64,000 bases of DNA, from the NCBI RefSeq assembly GCF_009914755.1, contig NC_060937.1; one strand, given 5' to 3'. The position numbers and the translations under genes were made by a program. The DNA comes from the human T2T-CHM13v2.0 reference genome, Homo sapiens. Shown in pieces: positions 13,623 to 29,249 of the stretch (its first letter is position 1; the number at the start of each line of letters is the position of its first letter). The notes below the pieces were generated by a model that saw nothing but the letters and a program-made list of their open reading frames with translations, was not told where the DNA came from and ran no database searches.

Positions 13623-14332
13623 GGGAAAAGCGATAGAAGGGAGGGAAAGAGAAGACGGAATGGAAGAAGAATGAAAGGAAAGAAAGGGAAGATCAATCTA
13701 AGAAATATCTAAAAGTCTTGAAAGCTTTCTACGATGTTTAATATATTCAGGTAAGCTTCTGTTTCACAGATTTTTTTGTTTGCCTTAAAAATATTGTAAA
13801 AAATTGAAAATCTGGACACTTCTCATAAAAAATTAGGTTATGAGTTTCTCCCAATAAGTCTGGTTAAACTAGGTCTAGCTCTCGTTCCTCATTGGTCATG
13901 TAGACATTAATGGCAGCTTTAGTAGGGACATGGGCCAGAGTCACCTAATTTGCCGGAGAATCTTAAACCAGGAATGGAAATTGGGATCATTCCTGGATTT
14001 TCTGAGAATCTTGTTATGGATATGTAGCACAGGAAGTCCTCAGAATAATTTAGATTCCTATGGAAATTCTTATTCCCAAGGGGTGAACTTCTAATGCGAA
14101 GAGAATACTCAGATCCTTAAATCTGTTCATCTAAACCAGAGATCCCTGGAACTTACCTGCAAGGGACAACTGTGGCTAGACAAACTCTTTCCTGATCCGG
14201 CTGCCCCAGGTACTGTCAGTAGAGCACCCTGAATCCTGCAGTTCTCTAGAGGATCTTGAGCTTACAGATGGTAGGACATGTCCACCACTGGAGTGATAGA
14301 ATCACAAAGCATGTTCTTAAAATAGAATTCTA

Positions 14333-14800
<468 letters not shown>

Positions 14801-15239
14801 CACTGGAAGCACAGGAGGTATTACAGGCAGCAGAGGACTTAGTCTGGTCTCTGAAACTGCAGATTTAAAGTTCAAAGTGTAGAAAATATGCAAATATACT
14901 AAGCTTTTCCTGAACTTAGGGACATGTTTGGGATGAATTATAGAGAAACGGATGTAGTTCTTTAACTTATTCTTATAACATAGGTATATAAACTTCCTTT
15001 AGTGTCATTAACATCCTTCGAAATGTTTAGATGTAACTGTCCAAAGGCAGTCTTGCCTCCTCTCTTTGTAAGTCAGTGAGTAGTTGTGCTCACTCTTCTA
15101 CATAAACCCAATCAATGTGAAGGCTTTTTTCAACCTATGCATTCATACTACCACTTACACTAGTAAATCTACTATTACTTCTGATGATTATGGGTGTTTT
15201 TCTATAAAGTAGATTTTCTATTTTATGGTGTATAGTGTA

Positions 15240-15730
15240 TTTTTTGACTGTGGTAAAATATACATTACATAAAATACATGATTTTAACTATTTTTAAGTG
15301 TACAGTTTAGTGGCATTAAATACATTTGCATTGTTGTGCAACCATCACCATCAGCCATCTCCAGAACTTTTTCATGATCCCAAACTGTACCCATTAAATA
15401 ATACTTCCCCATGCCCCTTCCTCCAGTCCCTGGTAACCACCATACTACTTCCTGTCTCTCTGAATTGGATGACTCTAGGTACCTCGTTTAAATGAAATCC
15501 TACAATTTTGGTCCTATTGTGTCTGGCTTATTTCACTTAGCGTAATGTCCTCGAGGTTCATCCATGTTGTAGCATTTGTCAGAATTTTCTTCCTCTTGAA
15601 GGCTGAAGAGCAGTCCGTTGTATGTACATACCGCATTTTGTTTATCCATTCATCCATTGATAGACACTTGAGTTGCTTCCACATTTTTGCTATTGCGCAT
15701 AATGCTGCCATGAACATGGGTGAGTACAAA
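15240..15730 (-). mobile_element. L1MB 3'UTR fragment
   Basis: ttttaagtgtacagtttagtggcattaaatacatt..ttgtgcaaccatcacc...ggcttatttcacttagc. Confidence 0.85.
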
Positions 15731-15979
15731 TATGATTGTTTTGTTTATGTGGTGTTTTTAACTTTGCAAAATGTTTTTGTTGCTATAATATCATAACCCC
15801 TCTGAGATAGATTAGTTAGTAGTTTCCTCTTCTGGTAAATAAGAAATCCAAATTTTAAAAAGTTAAATCACTTGTCAATTTAGGGACAGTTTCTGACTCT
15901 TAGTCTGGAGTATCTTTTTCTCAACATACCTTTCACTTTTCATCCCAATGGTCCTTCACCAGCTGAAGATACCAGAGAC

Positions 15980-17050
<1,071 letters not shown>

Positions 17051-17937
17051 CTAAATGAAGTCAGTAGGCTCATATTTTGGGGGAAACCTATGTTTTAAAA
17101 TTTATCTTTCAGGCATCAGTTGCAGCTGTTTTTTCTCCAAGAAAATGACATCCTGAGCTAAGCCAGACTGTCTCTCGCTTACCCCTCAACTGTGCCATTT
17201 ATGAGAAAATTCAAACTTTGTCTAATGCTACAAGCTGGGAAACTATGTCTACAACCAAAATAAAGGATTTAAATCTTGATTACTCATGGGCTTAAATCAT
17301 ACCTGATATGGTTTTACATGCTATTCTTTGATAACAATCTTCATTAAATTGCAGAGATGCCAATGCCATGTTTGAATAGAGAGTTTGAAAAGTTGAGAGG
17401 TCCTCAGAGGAACATTGAGGGAGGAGAGAAGAGGCCAGGTAGGCAGGTGTGGCCAGGCCAGCTACGCTCTGCTCACGAGGGCCTTCCCAACAATACTCCA
17501 GCACAAGCAGAACCATGGTTTTTATTTTTACTGATTTTGTACTTGTGGGGGTTTTCTTAGCTGAATTCATGTTTTTTTATGTCAATGACAGTAAGTGAGA
17601 TTCTGTTTTTCTGAAATAGTGCTATTATCTGTGTTAGTTGTCATAGTTTTTCACTATTTAAAAAGATATTTCCATCAGTTAGAACTTCTCTAAATTTTAA
17701 CATTTCTCCAATTGTTAAAAATCTCTCTAATTACAATAATTCCACATCAGTAGGAAAGTTGCCAAATCTTACATTTTGTCTGACTTGTTTGCCTTTGGCC
17801 TTCCCTTGCTGGTACTGATCAGGTGCAGACCATTGGTGAAGTACAGTTGTTTCCTTCGATAGTAACATTTGGGGGTGGTTCTCTCTGTACTGTCAGGGAG
17901 GTAGGACACTAAGTAACTACTTGATTTGTACTGTGGG

Positions 17938-18251
<314 letters not shown>

Positions 18252-18271
18252 TAATGGTTTCACTTTCTTGG

Positions 18272-18461
18272 TAGGGTTGCCAAAATAGCAAAGAAAAACA
18301 TAGGACATACATGTAAAGTTAAATTTCAGATAAACAGCAGATAAATTTTTATAAATAGATTCCATGTGACATTTGGAACATACTTATACTGAAATATTAT
18401 TTGTTATTTACCTGGAAATTCACATTTAATAGGGTGGCTTGTATTATATCTGGCAACACTA
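18272..18461. mobile_element. MER53 palindromic MITE
   Basis: TIRs tagggttgcca...tggcaacacta; internal arms aatttcagataaaca / tatttacctggaaatt. Confidence 0.82.
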
Positions 18462-18816
18462 TTCCTTAGATTTCTTCCATGAACATTACTCAAAGAATAG
18501 GATCTCATAGTGTTATCAACAAATGCCACTTATCATGATAGGGGCTGAACTTGGTGATATGGAGTGACCTAAACTGGAGGATAAATTGTAATGTCAAGGA
18601 TACAGGACAAGAGATAATGAGGACTTGCCTTTCACTGCGGTTCTCCTTTGGAAGCAGAAGCAGACTTCGGTAGTTTACCGTCCCAGGTGGTTAACCTGAA
18701 ATGCAGGATTTGTGAGACCAGCCAAGGGAAGAGGAAGTAAGAAGGCACGTCCAGATCTGACACATACTCAATTTTGTTAGTCCTAAAAACTGTAGTGTGT
18801 GTAGGTACTCTACTGG

Positions 18817-19171
18817 TGTATGAGTCCGTTCTCACACTTCTATAAAGAGCTGCCCGAAACTGGGTAATTAAGAAAAGAGGTTTAACTGACTCACAGTTCC
18901 GCATGGCCGGGGAGGCCTCAGGAAATTTACAGTCATGGCAGAAGGCACTTCTTCACAGGGTGGCAAGAGAGAGAATGAGTGCCAGCAGGGGAAATGCCAT
19001 GCGCTTATAAAACCATCAGATCTCGTGAGAACTCACTAATTATCAAGAGAACAGCATGGGAGAAACCGCCCCCATGATTGAATTACCTCCACCTGGTCCT
19101 GCCCTTAACACATGGGGATTGTTACAATTCAAGGTGAGATTTGGGTGGGGACACAGAGCCAACCCATATCA
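18817..19171 (-). mobile_element. THE1 solo LTR (THE1C-like)
   Basis: tgtatgagtccgttctcac...gacacagagccaacccatatca; perfect 5-bp TSD ACTGG (18812-18816, 19172-19176). Confidence 0.92.
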
Positions 19172-19332
19172 ACTGGGGAGTGTACATATATGTGTATCTA
19201 CGTATGGGAGGGCAAGGGATAAGGAGGGGAAGAATCAGGAATATGATCTCCTGGCAAAAAAAAAAAAAATTATGATTATATTCTAATATACATATAGGTT
19301 CACAAATATGTCATCATTAAAGTAATTATTTT

Positions 19333-19682
<350 letters not shown>

Positions 19683-20189
19683 TTAGAGTTATTACATTTC
19701 TCTTAATTTGATTGTATATAGACACTTTACAGGTTGTATAAAAATGAAGTAAAAATTTGCTTTGTTTTGAAAATGTTGTAATGGAAAGGCCACCGGAATG
19801 GATATGTTACCACTCCTTTCCCAAACAGCCTTGTTGGAGGCCCAAGTGAAGTGTGCACCTGGTCAAGGTGCAAGTTACATCTGATTTTGTCTGTGACTCT
19901 CCACAAATCAAACCCTGCACTTTAACTTCACGTTCTGCCGTTTTCAGGCCATGGTCACAAGCCAATCCAGTTCTATTGGAAACAAACCTCCCCCTCTTTA
20001 TCAGACTGCAGACAACAAAGACAAATCTGTGGGAGCAGGGAGTATACCATGCACTATACCCCCTCTCTATTTGCTGTGAGATTAAAGATCACACAAGGTT
20101 AAAACGAATTTTTAAAGCTGACACCCATTAATTTGAAAACAGCTACAACCCTATTGGTCAAATGCATAAGGAGACATAAAATTTTCCCA

Positions 20190-21075
20190 AGGAGGAAATA
20201 TAAAAAGCTAATGAATACGCTCTCCCTAAAAAAATTTGGTTTCCATAGCAGTAAACAATAATGCAAGTTAAAATAAGACACTGTTTTCTTTATAAACTTA
20301 GCAAAGTCTTGAGAATATATCAAATTCAGTGTTGGTGAGAGTGAGGTGAGGTATTTATTCCTATTCACTGCTAACAGTAGTTTGAATTGATGCAACCTTT
20401 CTAGAAAATAATTTTCTAATATCAAACAATATTACTTTCTTTTTTTTGGAGATAGGGTCTCATTCTGTCACCCAGACTGGAGCGTAGTGTGCAGTGGTAA
20501 GAACATGGCTCATTGCAGCCTCAACCTCCTGGGCTCAATTGATCCTCCTACCTTGGCCTCCCAAAGAGCTGGGATTACAGGCATGAGCCACCATGCCTGG
20601 CCAACGATATTCTTTCAATGATAAAAATCTTAAAACTGTTTTAAAATTTAAAGATACTTAAAAGATCCAAAAATATTATGGACAAAAATTATTATGGACA
20701 AAAAATAATGATATCAGCATTTTGAAAAATAAAAATACTGTAAGAAAATGAAATGCTTAGCTGCTAGGGTATAGTTTATTCATTTTGTACGTGAAAAAAG
20801 TTGAAATAGTAATAGTATGCAATCAACAAAAACAATGTTTATGATGAATTTTAAAAATATAAGGAAACGCCTTTGTCATATATTTAGCTAATAAGAGTAG
20901 TGCAAATTATATTTAGTTTGGGATCAATTATGTTAAAATAGTAGGAAAAGAATTACAAAGACATACAAAATGTTAACAGAGGTTATCTAATAAGGGAGTA
21001 TGACTATAAGGGAATTTTACTTGTGTTTTACTGTTTTCTACATTGCCCAAGTGTTCTACGACAGTCAGAAAAAAA
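20190..21075 (+). mobile_element. Old L1 (L1ME-like) 3' fragment interrupted by an Alu monomer
   Basis: cagtgttggtgagagtg..attcactgct..gcaacctttctagaaa; aaatgttaacagaggttatct 3'UTR motif. Confidence 0.45.
20436..20602 (-). mobile_element. Alu monomer (FRAM/AluJ-derived)
   Basis: ~165-bp single arm; TSD aac(a/g)atatt(a)ctttc at 20425 and 20603. Confidence 0.85.
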
Positions 21076-21982
21076 TAGACACTGAGTGGTCAAGTGGACA
21101 GCAGAGCAGGAGGGAGCAAGTCAGAAAGGCTCTCTCAGATCGGGTTAGGACACTCTCAGAGTTTAGAGCTTCTCCAACAGGAAAACAAGAAACCCCGGGT
21201 TCCAAATGCCTCTTAATGAGTTCAGCTTCCGCCTTACTTGCCTGAACCTGATGCTGTGGCACCGTTCCTCCGACTCTTTCCGTAATGACCAGTTCTGCCC
21301 TCATCACTCTGAAGAGAGACTGGCAACTTCCAACGGGAAGGGAAGCATCCAAATGCTTCCTCTGCAGGCAGGGAGGAACGCAAGCTGGGTTGTACTAACA
21401 GGAGTGCTTTGTCTTAGTCCCATCAGAGATAAAACAGGATTTTCCTAGATCCAAGTAACCACGAATCCTTTCCAGTTGCCACTCAGGATCTGAGGGGGAA
21501 AACGTAGGGATGCTGAAGAGACACTCATTTCTCAACTTCACATTTCCACTCCATTCAGCGAACCTGCTCGGGGAGGCTCTTTTCACTCTTCCCATTTCCT
21601 TTTTTGTGGTCCACTATCACATACAACACTACGCTAAATAGGGTTTAGTAGCAGACACACTTATTTTGTTTTTACAATTGTTGTTGAGTTTTTGGTGTCA
21701 CAGCTTGACAGAATACATCGGCAGCAGGGGTTCCGCATCAATAGTACTTCTCACTTGAGGGTTTTCTCTCTGAAAACTTACAGAACTGTGTTGTCTTTGG
21801 ACTTGGTGAAAACACCTTTTAATGCATTCACAGTTTGCTGCATGTGATGAAACTTAGCAATGCTCTTTCTCACCTTGAAGAAATCGATTTCACTCTTGGC
21901 TTCATGTCTTGTTCTTGTTGAAATTGACACAAGTCAGTTGCCTGCTTTGAACTTCAGTTACCGAACTTAAAAAAACTATTGA

Positions 21983-22277
<295 letters not shown>

Positions 22278-23625
22278 AAAAACTACTTACTCTTTTACTT
22301 ACCTTACTCATCCTGACGGAAAAGATAAAATAAGATCCTGTGTGAGAAATGTTTTGTAAACTGTGTTGCAAACGTCACAATGACGAGAACGAAGGAGGGA
22401 CAGAGGAAGTGGAGACCCTGTTACTGTGGCGAGCATTTCAGGGTCAGGGGCCTGTCAAGGAAGCATCCAACAACAGAATCCAGATTGCTCAAAGGTAAAG
22501 TCCTGCTTCTTATTTAAGGGAAGTTCTTGATCATGTTTTACCTAATGCTCCCTTGTTGAGTGGTGACTGAACTGGAGAAAACCTGAATCCCTTGACGTTT
22601 TATGCAATTTATGCAATAAATTTTCAAAGGAGTGCCTCTGTGGCATTTTTCATATTCTGAAGAAGTATTTAATTAAAAAAAATCCAAATAAACTTTTGAC
22701 CAGATGCAACAAGACATGCAAGAAGCTATCGAGTTGAAGATAGAACATAAGAAAAAACAATACACAGATATTTAATCTTGTTATGGTCAAGAATTAATGG
22801 CTACTCTTGTACCTTTAATTAAGAAATAAGACCATTTAAGTTATCTCTCGATGAGCAGTTAAATGACAGCAATATTTTCTTTCACCAGCTCCCTTCTCCT
22901 GCCAGTTGCTTTGTGCTGGTTAATTTTGATGGAAAGACAATGCCTAATAGGATTATTTCAGACAATGGAGGAATTACTATCAAGGATAATTTTTTCTCTT
23001 ATAGGAGAACGTGCATCTTTATTTTGACTTTCCTATTTTTCTTCCAATAATGAGGTGAACTAATGCTGTTTAATCAACTGAAAGCTTTCTGGCTTTCAGA
23101 GGCAGCCATTCGGAAAAGGCTGATGTTAAATGAGAGAAGAGGGAAACATTAAGCTAGAAATAAAATGGACTCCAAGCTCTGACTCTCTCCTGGGGTCTCC
23201 TCGGTGCCATAACTTTTGATTAATGAGAGTCTCAAGGGGGAAGATCCTAAGTCAATGTCACTCAGCTGGCTCAGTGTAAATTCTTGGGCTGCACGTGTCA
23301 GTAGAATCCATGCTTGACCACAGGGACCTGGAATGAACCAAGGCACAAAAAGACCTCTGACTTGTCCCTGAAGAAAGAGAAGCTGCTGCTAACATGAGAC
23401 TAGGCCATGTGGTAATGTCTACACATTCCTTTGACCCCAGCCTTCTTACAGAATCTCTGGGAATGCTATGGCATGCTTCCTAATCTCTAAATGGAGGAAA
23501 ATTTCTAGATCACTTCCATGGATCTCAGGAGAAATAGCCAAAGTTTCTCTGAATTCATTTTGCATTGTTGTTTTAATGTTACTAATACATTGATTAGAAC
23601 TTATCATATAAAATTACATTCATAG

Positions 23626-24242
<617 letters not shown>

Positions 24243-24463
24243 TAAAATGTATTATTAACCACATATATTTAAAAAGTGGATGGATGAATAGATGGATAAA
24301 TTTTAGGTCCCAAACTTTGGGACAAATGCTGTGAAGACAGAATTTACTTCCGTTAACCACAAATAACCCAAGAATGTTCACCAAACATCATGTAGACTGA
24401 ATAGATGCTTCCATTATATATAACTTAGCACTTTTTAAAATGTATTATTAACCACATATATTT
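24243..24463. repeat. Perfect 28-bp direct repeat flanking 165 bp
   Basis: TAAAATGTATTATTAACCACATATATTT at 24243-24270 and 24436-24463. Confidence 0.9.
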
Positions 24464-24914
24464 TCCTCTCTGACCACATTGTTCATTCTTGCCATTTCTG
24501 TTATCTCTGTTTAAGAAGCTTCTGAAAGATATGATGATAAGTGCAGACAACAGCGATGATATGGAAAGGAGAGTTTGACTATGGAAATGTTATTGAGGGA
24601 CAAACAGCATTATCTTGAGAATCTCAAGCTTTACCCTCCATGGTAGGGATGCTGCTGTACCTGTTGGAAGAGAATAGAATGCCTATGTGGTTTTTATCTC
24701 TTTGTGGGAATAGAATGTCTATATGATTTTTATCTGGTTTTTCAGAAAAATGTTCAAAAATATCTACTTTGCTCTCTCAGAACTCATGTACTCATTTTAC
24801 TTTAAATTTACTTTCATTTTCTAGTTCATATAGATGCACATGTAGGCAATTAAGCAAGTAGTTTTAGGTGCATTTGTGTGTATGTGTGAATGTGTCCATT
24901 TATCTTCTCAACTA

Positions 24915-25070
24915 TTGCATCTCTTCACTTCTAAGACACCATCCTCTGTGAGATGCACCATTAGATAATGTATCATTAAGAAAGAAAAACAACACTGTCA
25001 ATTAAACTACCACTTGCTATCAGTTGTAAAATGCATCTCAATTTCAGAGATGTAAAAATGTGAAAAGATC
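24915..25070 (-). mobile_element. MER104-like Tc2 MITE
   Basis: gatgcaccatta..aagaaagaaaaa..tcaattaaacta..aatttcagagatgtaaaaatgtgaaaa. Confidence 0.65.
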
Positions 25071-25150
25071 CTGAATACTCTTCATTGGTAACAATGTTTT
25101 TCATGTGGTCTGTTACAAAAACATCCCTTTCAATGGATGCTGAAGAGTCA

Positions 25151-25554
25151 TGTTAAATGAGCATTAGCCTAAAGCTGCCTCCTTACATATCTTAAGTTCA
25201 GCCTAAAGGTTCCTCTGTACATCATGAACCATAACATGTGAAGGTGTAAACAGACACGGGCCATAGCCTACACTTGTGCCTGTCACTGAGTTTTGGCCAA
25301 TCAAATGTAGCCAACTGTTTGAACCCTGTTCAAATAAGGAGACACTGAGCTATAAACAATCCGGTTGTTTCTGTCCTTCACTTCCATTTTCTTTACATCA
25401 CTTTCCTTTTTCTGTCCATAGATTTTCTTCCACCATGTGGCTGCGCTGGAGTCTCTGAGCCTACTCTCGTTCAAGAGGCTGCCCAATTCGGGGATCATTC
25501 ATTGCTCAATGAAACTGTTCTAAATTTAATTCGGCTGAAGTTTTTCTTTTATCA
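25151..25554 (+). mobile_element. MER57 ERV1 solo LTR
   Basis: tgttaaa..ttagcctaaagctgcctccttacata...gctgaagtttttcttttatca; flanks gtca/gttg are consistent with a CpG-decayed GTCG TSD. Confidence 0.88.
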
Positions 25555-26244
25555 GTTGTTGAACTGAAACACTTTGCACCTACCTAATTGTTTCAAATAT
25601 CTATTAAAAAATGGCAAATATCTGTTCAAAAATGGACCTCTAGGAAAAATCGAACTGCTAAAACCAAGTCCTAGGTCTTTTATTAGACATGCAAACTTGA
25701 ATATTTGAATAAATGAAATGATGATGTCTTAGTTTCACTTCACCAGCAACCTGGTGGTGGGCATTGTGGGAGAGTATGGGTGAGGGTGGCTATGAGTTGA
25801 CAATTGGTCAAACTGGATTGCTAGGACAGGGGGGCTTATGATAGTATTCACTTAAAATTCCAAGAAAAGAAGAGTTTCTGCCTGTATAGTAGTGACAGAA
25901 CAGGAATAGGACTGTGCTCCCATGTGCCCAAGAGGTAGTCTCTATGCCCAAGGTAGTAGATTACAGATGGAGACTAAAGAGAACGTGTTTCCTGGAACCC
26001 TGAGTGAGAAGATGAGTGAAAGATGATGCTCACCGCTAGTTCTTCACCTTCCTTCTGAAGGCCCTATTTTGTTAAAGCTGACTGGGTCCTACCTTTTGTT
26101 ACAGGGATGGTTGGCTAGTCCTCATAATTGCATCTAGCCCTGAAGATCACATGCTATTTTACATTGGTGTTTGCTCAGCTTCAGGGAGTGAAGAAAGCTG
26201 GCATAGAGGCTAACTAAAAACAGCAAAAATAGCAATTAAAATTT

Positions 26245-26456
26245 TCATTGAATGGTCCAGCTGTGCTAAGTAGTTTACCACATATTGTTTTATTTAATTG
26301 TCTTAACAACCCTGACAGGTAATACTAATATTACCTCTACTTTTACCCATGGGAAAATGGACAGAGAAAAGTTAAATGCATTTCCCAAAACTGGCAAGTG
26401 GCAGGTCCTGGATCACAATGTAAACTTGTGCTCTAAGTCACAGCCATGTATTGCCT
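26245..26456 (-). mobile_element. MIR SINE
   Basis: tttatttaattgtcttaacaaccctgacaggta..ttttacccatgggaaaatgga..aagttaaatg..caagtggcag. Confidence 0.6.
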
Positions 26457-26711
26457 TATTTTCTGTTGCACCAAGTTAAGAGCAATGGAAAGCACATCCT
26501 ACTGAGAATGGCTTGCAGAATAGGACTAAAGACTCAGCCTTCAGCCTATAATCCGCAGAAGCAGATGGGTGTAAAGGAACACAGACACAGGAAATGACCC
26601 TCATAGAAACAAATAAAAAAGGAATGCAGAAACCTCTACTAAGTAGATAAATGTAGTTCTGTCCAGGACAGACAGAAGAGGCCGGCTTCTCTGATTTTCA
26701 TCCCCTCCTGA

Positions 26712-27185
<474 letters not shown>

Positions 27186-27608
27186 AGAAGAGGATGTTCT
27201 TCTTATCCTACTCTTGTATGTCCCTTAAGAGCCCTATCTGTCCAAATGTACTTTGTTACAAAATCTAATCATTATTCTTTACACTTGTGCAGATTTGAAG
27301 ATTGTTCCTGCCCTGGTAGGCCAACTACTACCACCTTCTCCATATTTACCCACAAATGCCTGAGTAACATTTAAATAAATAGAACTTTTGGAGTGGGAAG
27401 TGTTGGAATCACCTTCTGGATTGGCTGATCATTTGGGCTGCAGGATCCTGAGGGTAGCTCAAGGATTACATATGTATTCACAAGCAAGGAAAGCCACAGG
27501 GGGATGAGACTACGATACAGGCTGTGACTTGCACAGGGCTTGGCATATAGTATGCCAAGTATCTTATATTCTTCCTCTGTGTTTCTAATAATGTCACCAA
27601 ATATCACA

Positions 27609-28241
27609 TTGAACTTCAGTGGGACATTTTGAAAATCCTTCATGGTATCATTGCAGACAAGATTAAGAATATGGGCAGCGCTAATGCAACTAGGCAGATT
27701 AATAACTCATTGAACGAACATAATTGGAGAATGTCACCAAAGATCGCGTTGCATTTTTTTGTCTATAACATATGGAATTTACTATCAACTAAAATCCTAA
27801 AGTCTTATTTCACAAGTACAAATTCTTCCAATGAGGGCTTGTGCACTTATGATTATGAACCAAAATAAATAATCTTATATTTGTCACAGTTACTTAGGTC
27901 TAGGTAGCTTGAGCTCATTATTCCAACCTGTTAAGATCTGTTTTTGTTTTGATGCTGTCGTCACATAAGTGCATTCTTCCTTTTGGCGTTATATTCAGAA
28001 ATTTACTAAACGTGCATTTATCCAAGACACTGATAGAAATGCTTATCAGGACAGGACCAAGAACAAGGTTTTTAGTAAGTCACCAGACATCCCCTCCCCC
28101 GAGTTGCTTATAAGCACCCTCTACGTAAGTTCATTCAACTAGTTATTAATCTGCCTCATTGCATTAGCTAGGCCCATATTTCTTCATCTTGTCTCCCATG
28201 ATACCATGAAGGATTTACAAAAATGCCCCACTGAAGTTCAA
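27609..28241. repeat. ~112-bp inverted repeat made of L3/CR1 RT sequence (arms 27609-27719 and 28129-28241)
   Basis: Manual alignment gives ~87% identity; minus strand of the right arm reads LNFSGAF.*ILHGIMGDKMKKYG, like the CR1 RT motif LDFSKAFD..H..L..K....G. Confidence 0.85.
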
Positions 28242-28806
28242 GTGTATTTTGTCTATTGCATTTCCTTGAACTATTGTTTCCCGTTAATTTGCCCAAATTC
28301 AATTTGCCTAAAAGCAATTTGACAAAAAGCAATTTGGTTAAAAAGATAATTTCTTCAAAACTATGGTCTAGTTAAAAGGGAATAATGCTGATAGGTATTT
28401 TTTCAAAGTTGGTCTGAATTGCCACCCATTTTGCACCCTATGTATTTTGTGCGTGTATTGCTTTTCCTCAATAGTTTGATTTTTTATTTCTAATTATTTT
28501 CCAGCTGGTTATTCCTATTAGGCATTGCTTATAATGTAGAATAATTGAAACAATCTAACTGTTCAGCAATTAATTAAAATAATGCAAATGTCCAACAGTT
28601 GATGGATTGCTTTAAATTTATGATAGTTTCCAATTACCATATGGTAGTTAAAAGACCATATGTCTTCCAATATGGAAGCCTACCATGCACTAATGTGCAA
28701 TCATTGGCTAGCCCTTCTTGAATAGGATTATGTTTAAAATTGGTTTTCTGGTTTGCATTCATTATTTCCCAGTAAAATGCATATGTTATTTTAAAATCCT
28801 AAAATA

Positions 28807-29147
28807 GGATGGTCGTGATCACACCTGTAATCCCAACACTGAGAGGCTGAGGCAGGAGGAACAGTTGAGTCAGGAGTTCAAGACCGGCCTGGGCAACATA
28901 GCATGGCCTCCTGTCTACAAAAAATACAAAAATTAACTTGGTGTGGTGGTGCATACTTTTATTCCCAGCTACTTTGGAGGCTGAGGCAAGATGATCCCTT
29001 GAATCTAGGAATTTCAGGTTATAGTGGGCTATGACTGGGCCACTGCTCTTCAGCCTGGGAAACAGAGCAAGACCCTGTCTCTAAATAAATAAATAAATAC
29101 AATTAAATAATTAAATAAATAAATACAATTAAATTTAATAATGAATG
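28807..29147 (+). mobile_element. AluJ
   Basis: Diverged dimer with (TAAA)n tail; TSD aaaa(t/g)cctaaaata. Confidence 0.9.
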
Positions 29148-29249
29148 AAAAGCCTAAAATAATACATAAGTCACAATTATAGTCACAATTATAGTTCAAC
29201 CACTCTATCAATTTCAAATAATTTGCTTCTATTATTAAATCCTTAGCTT

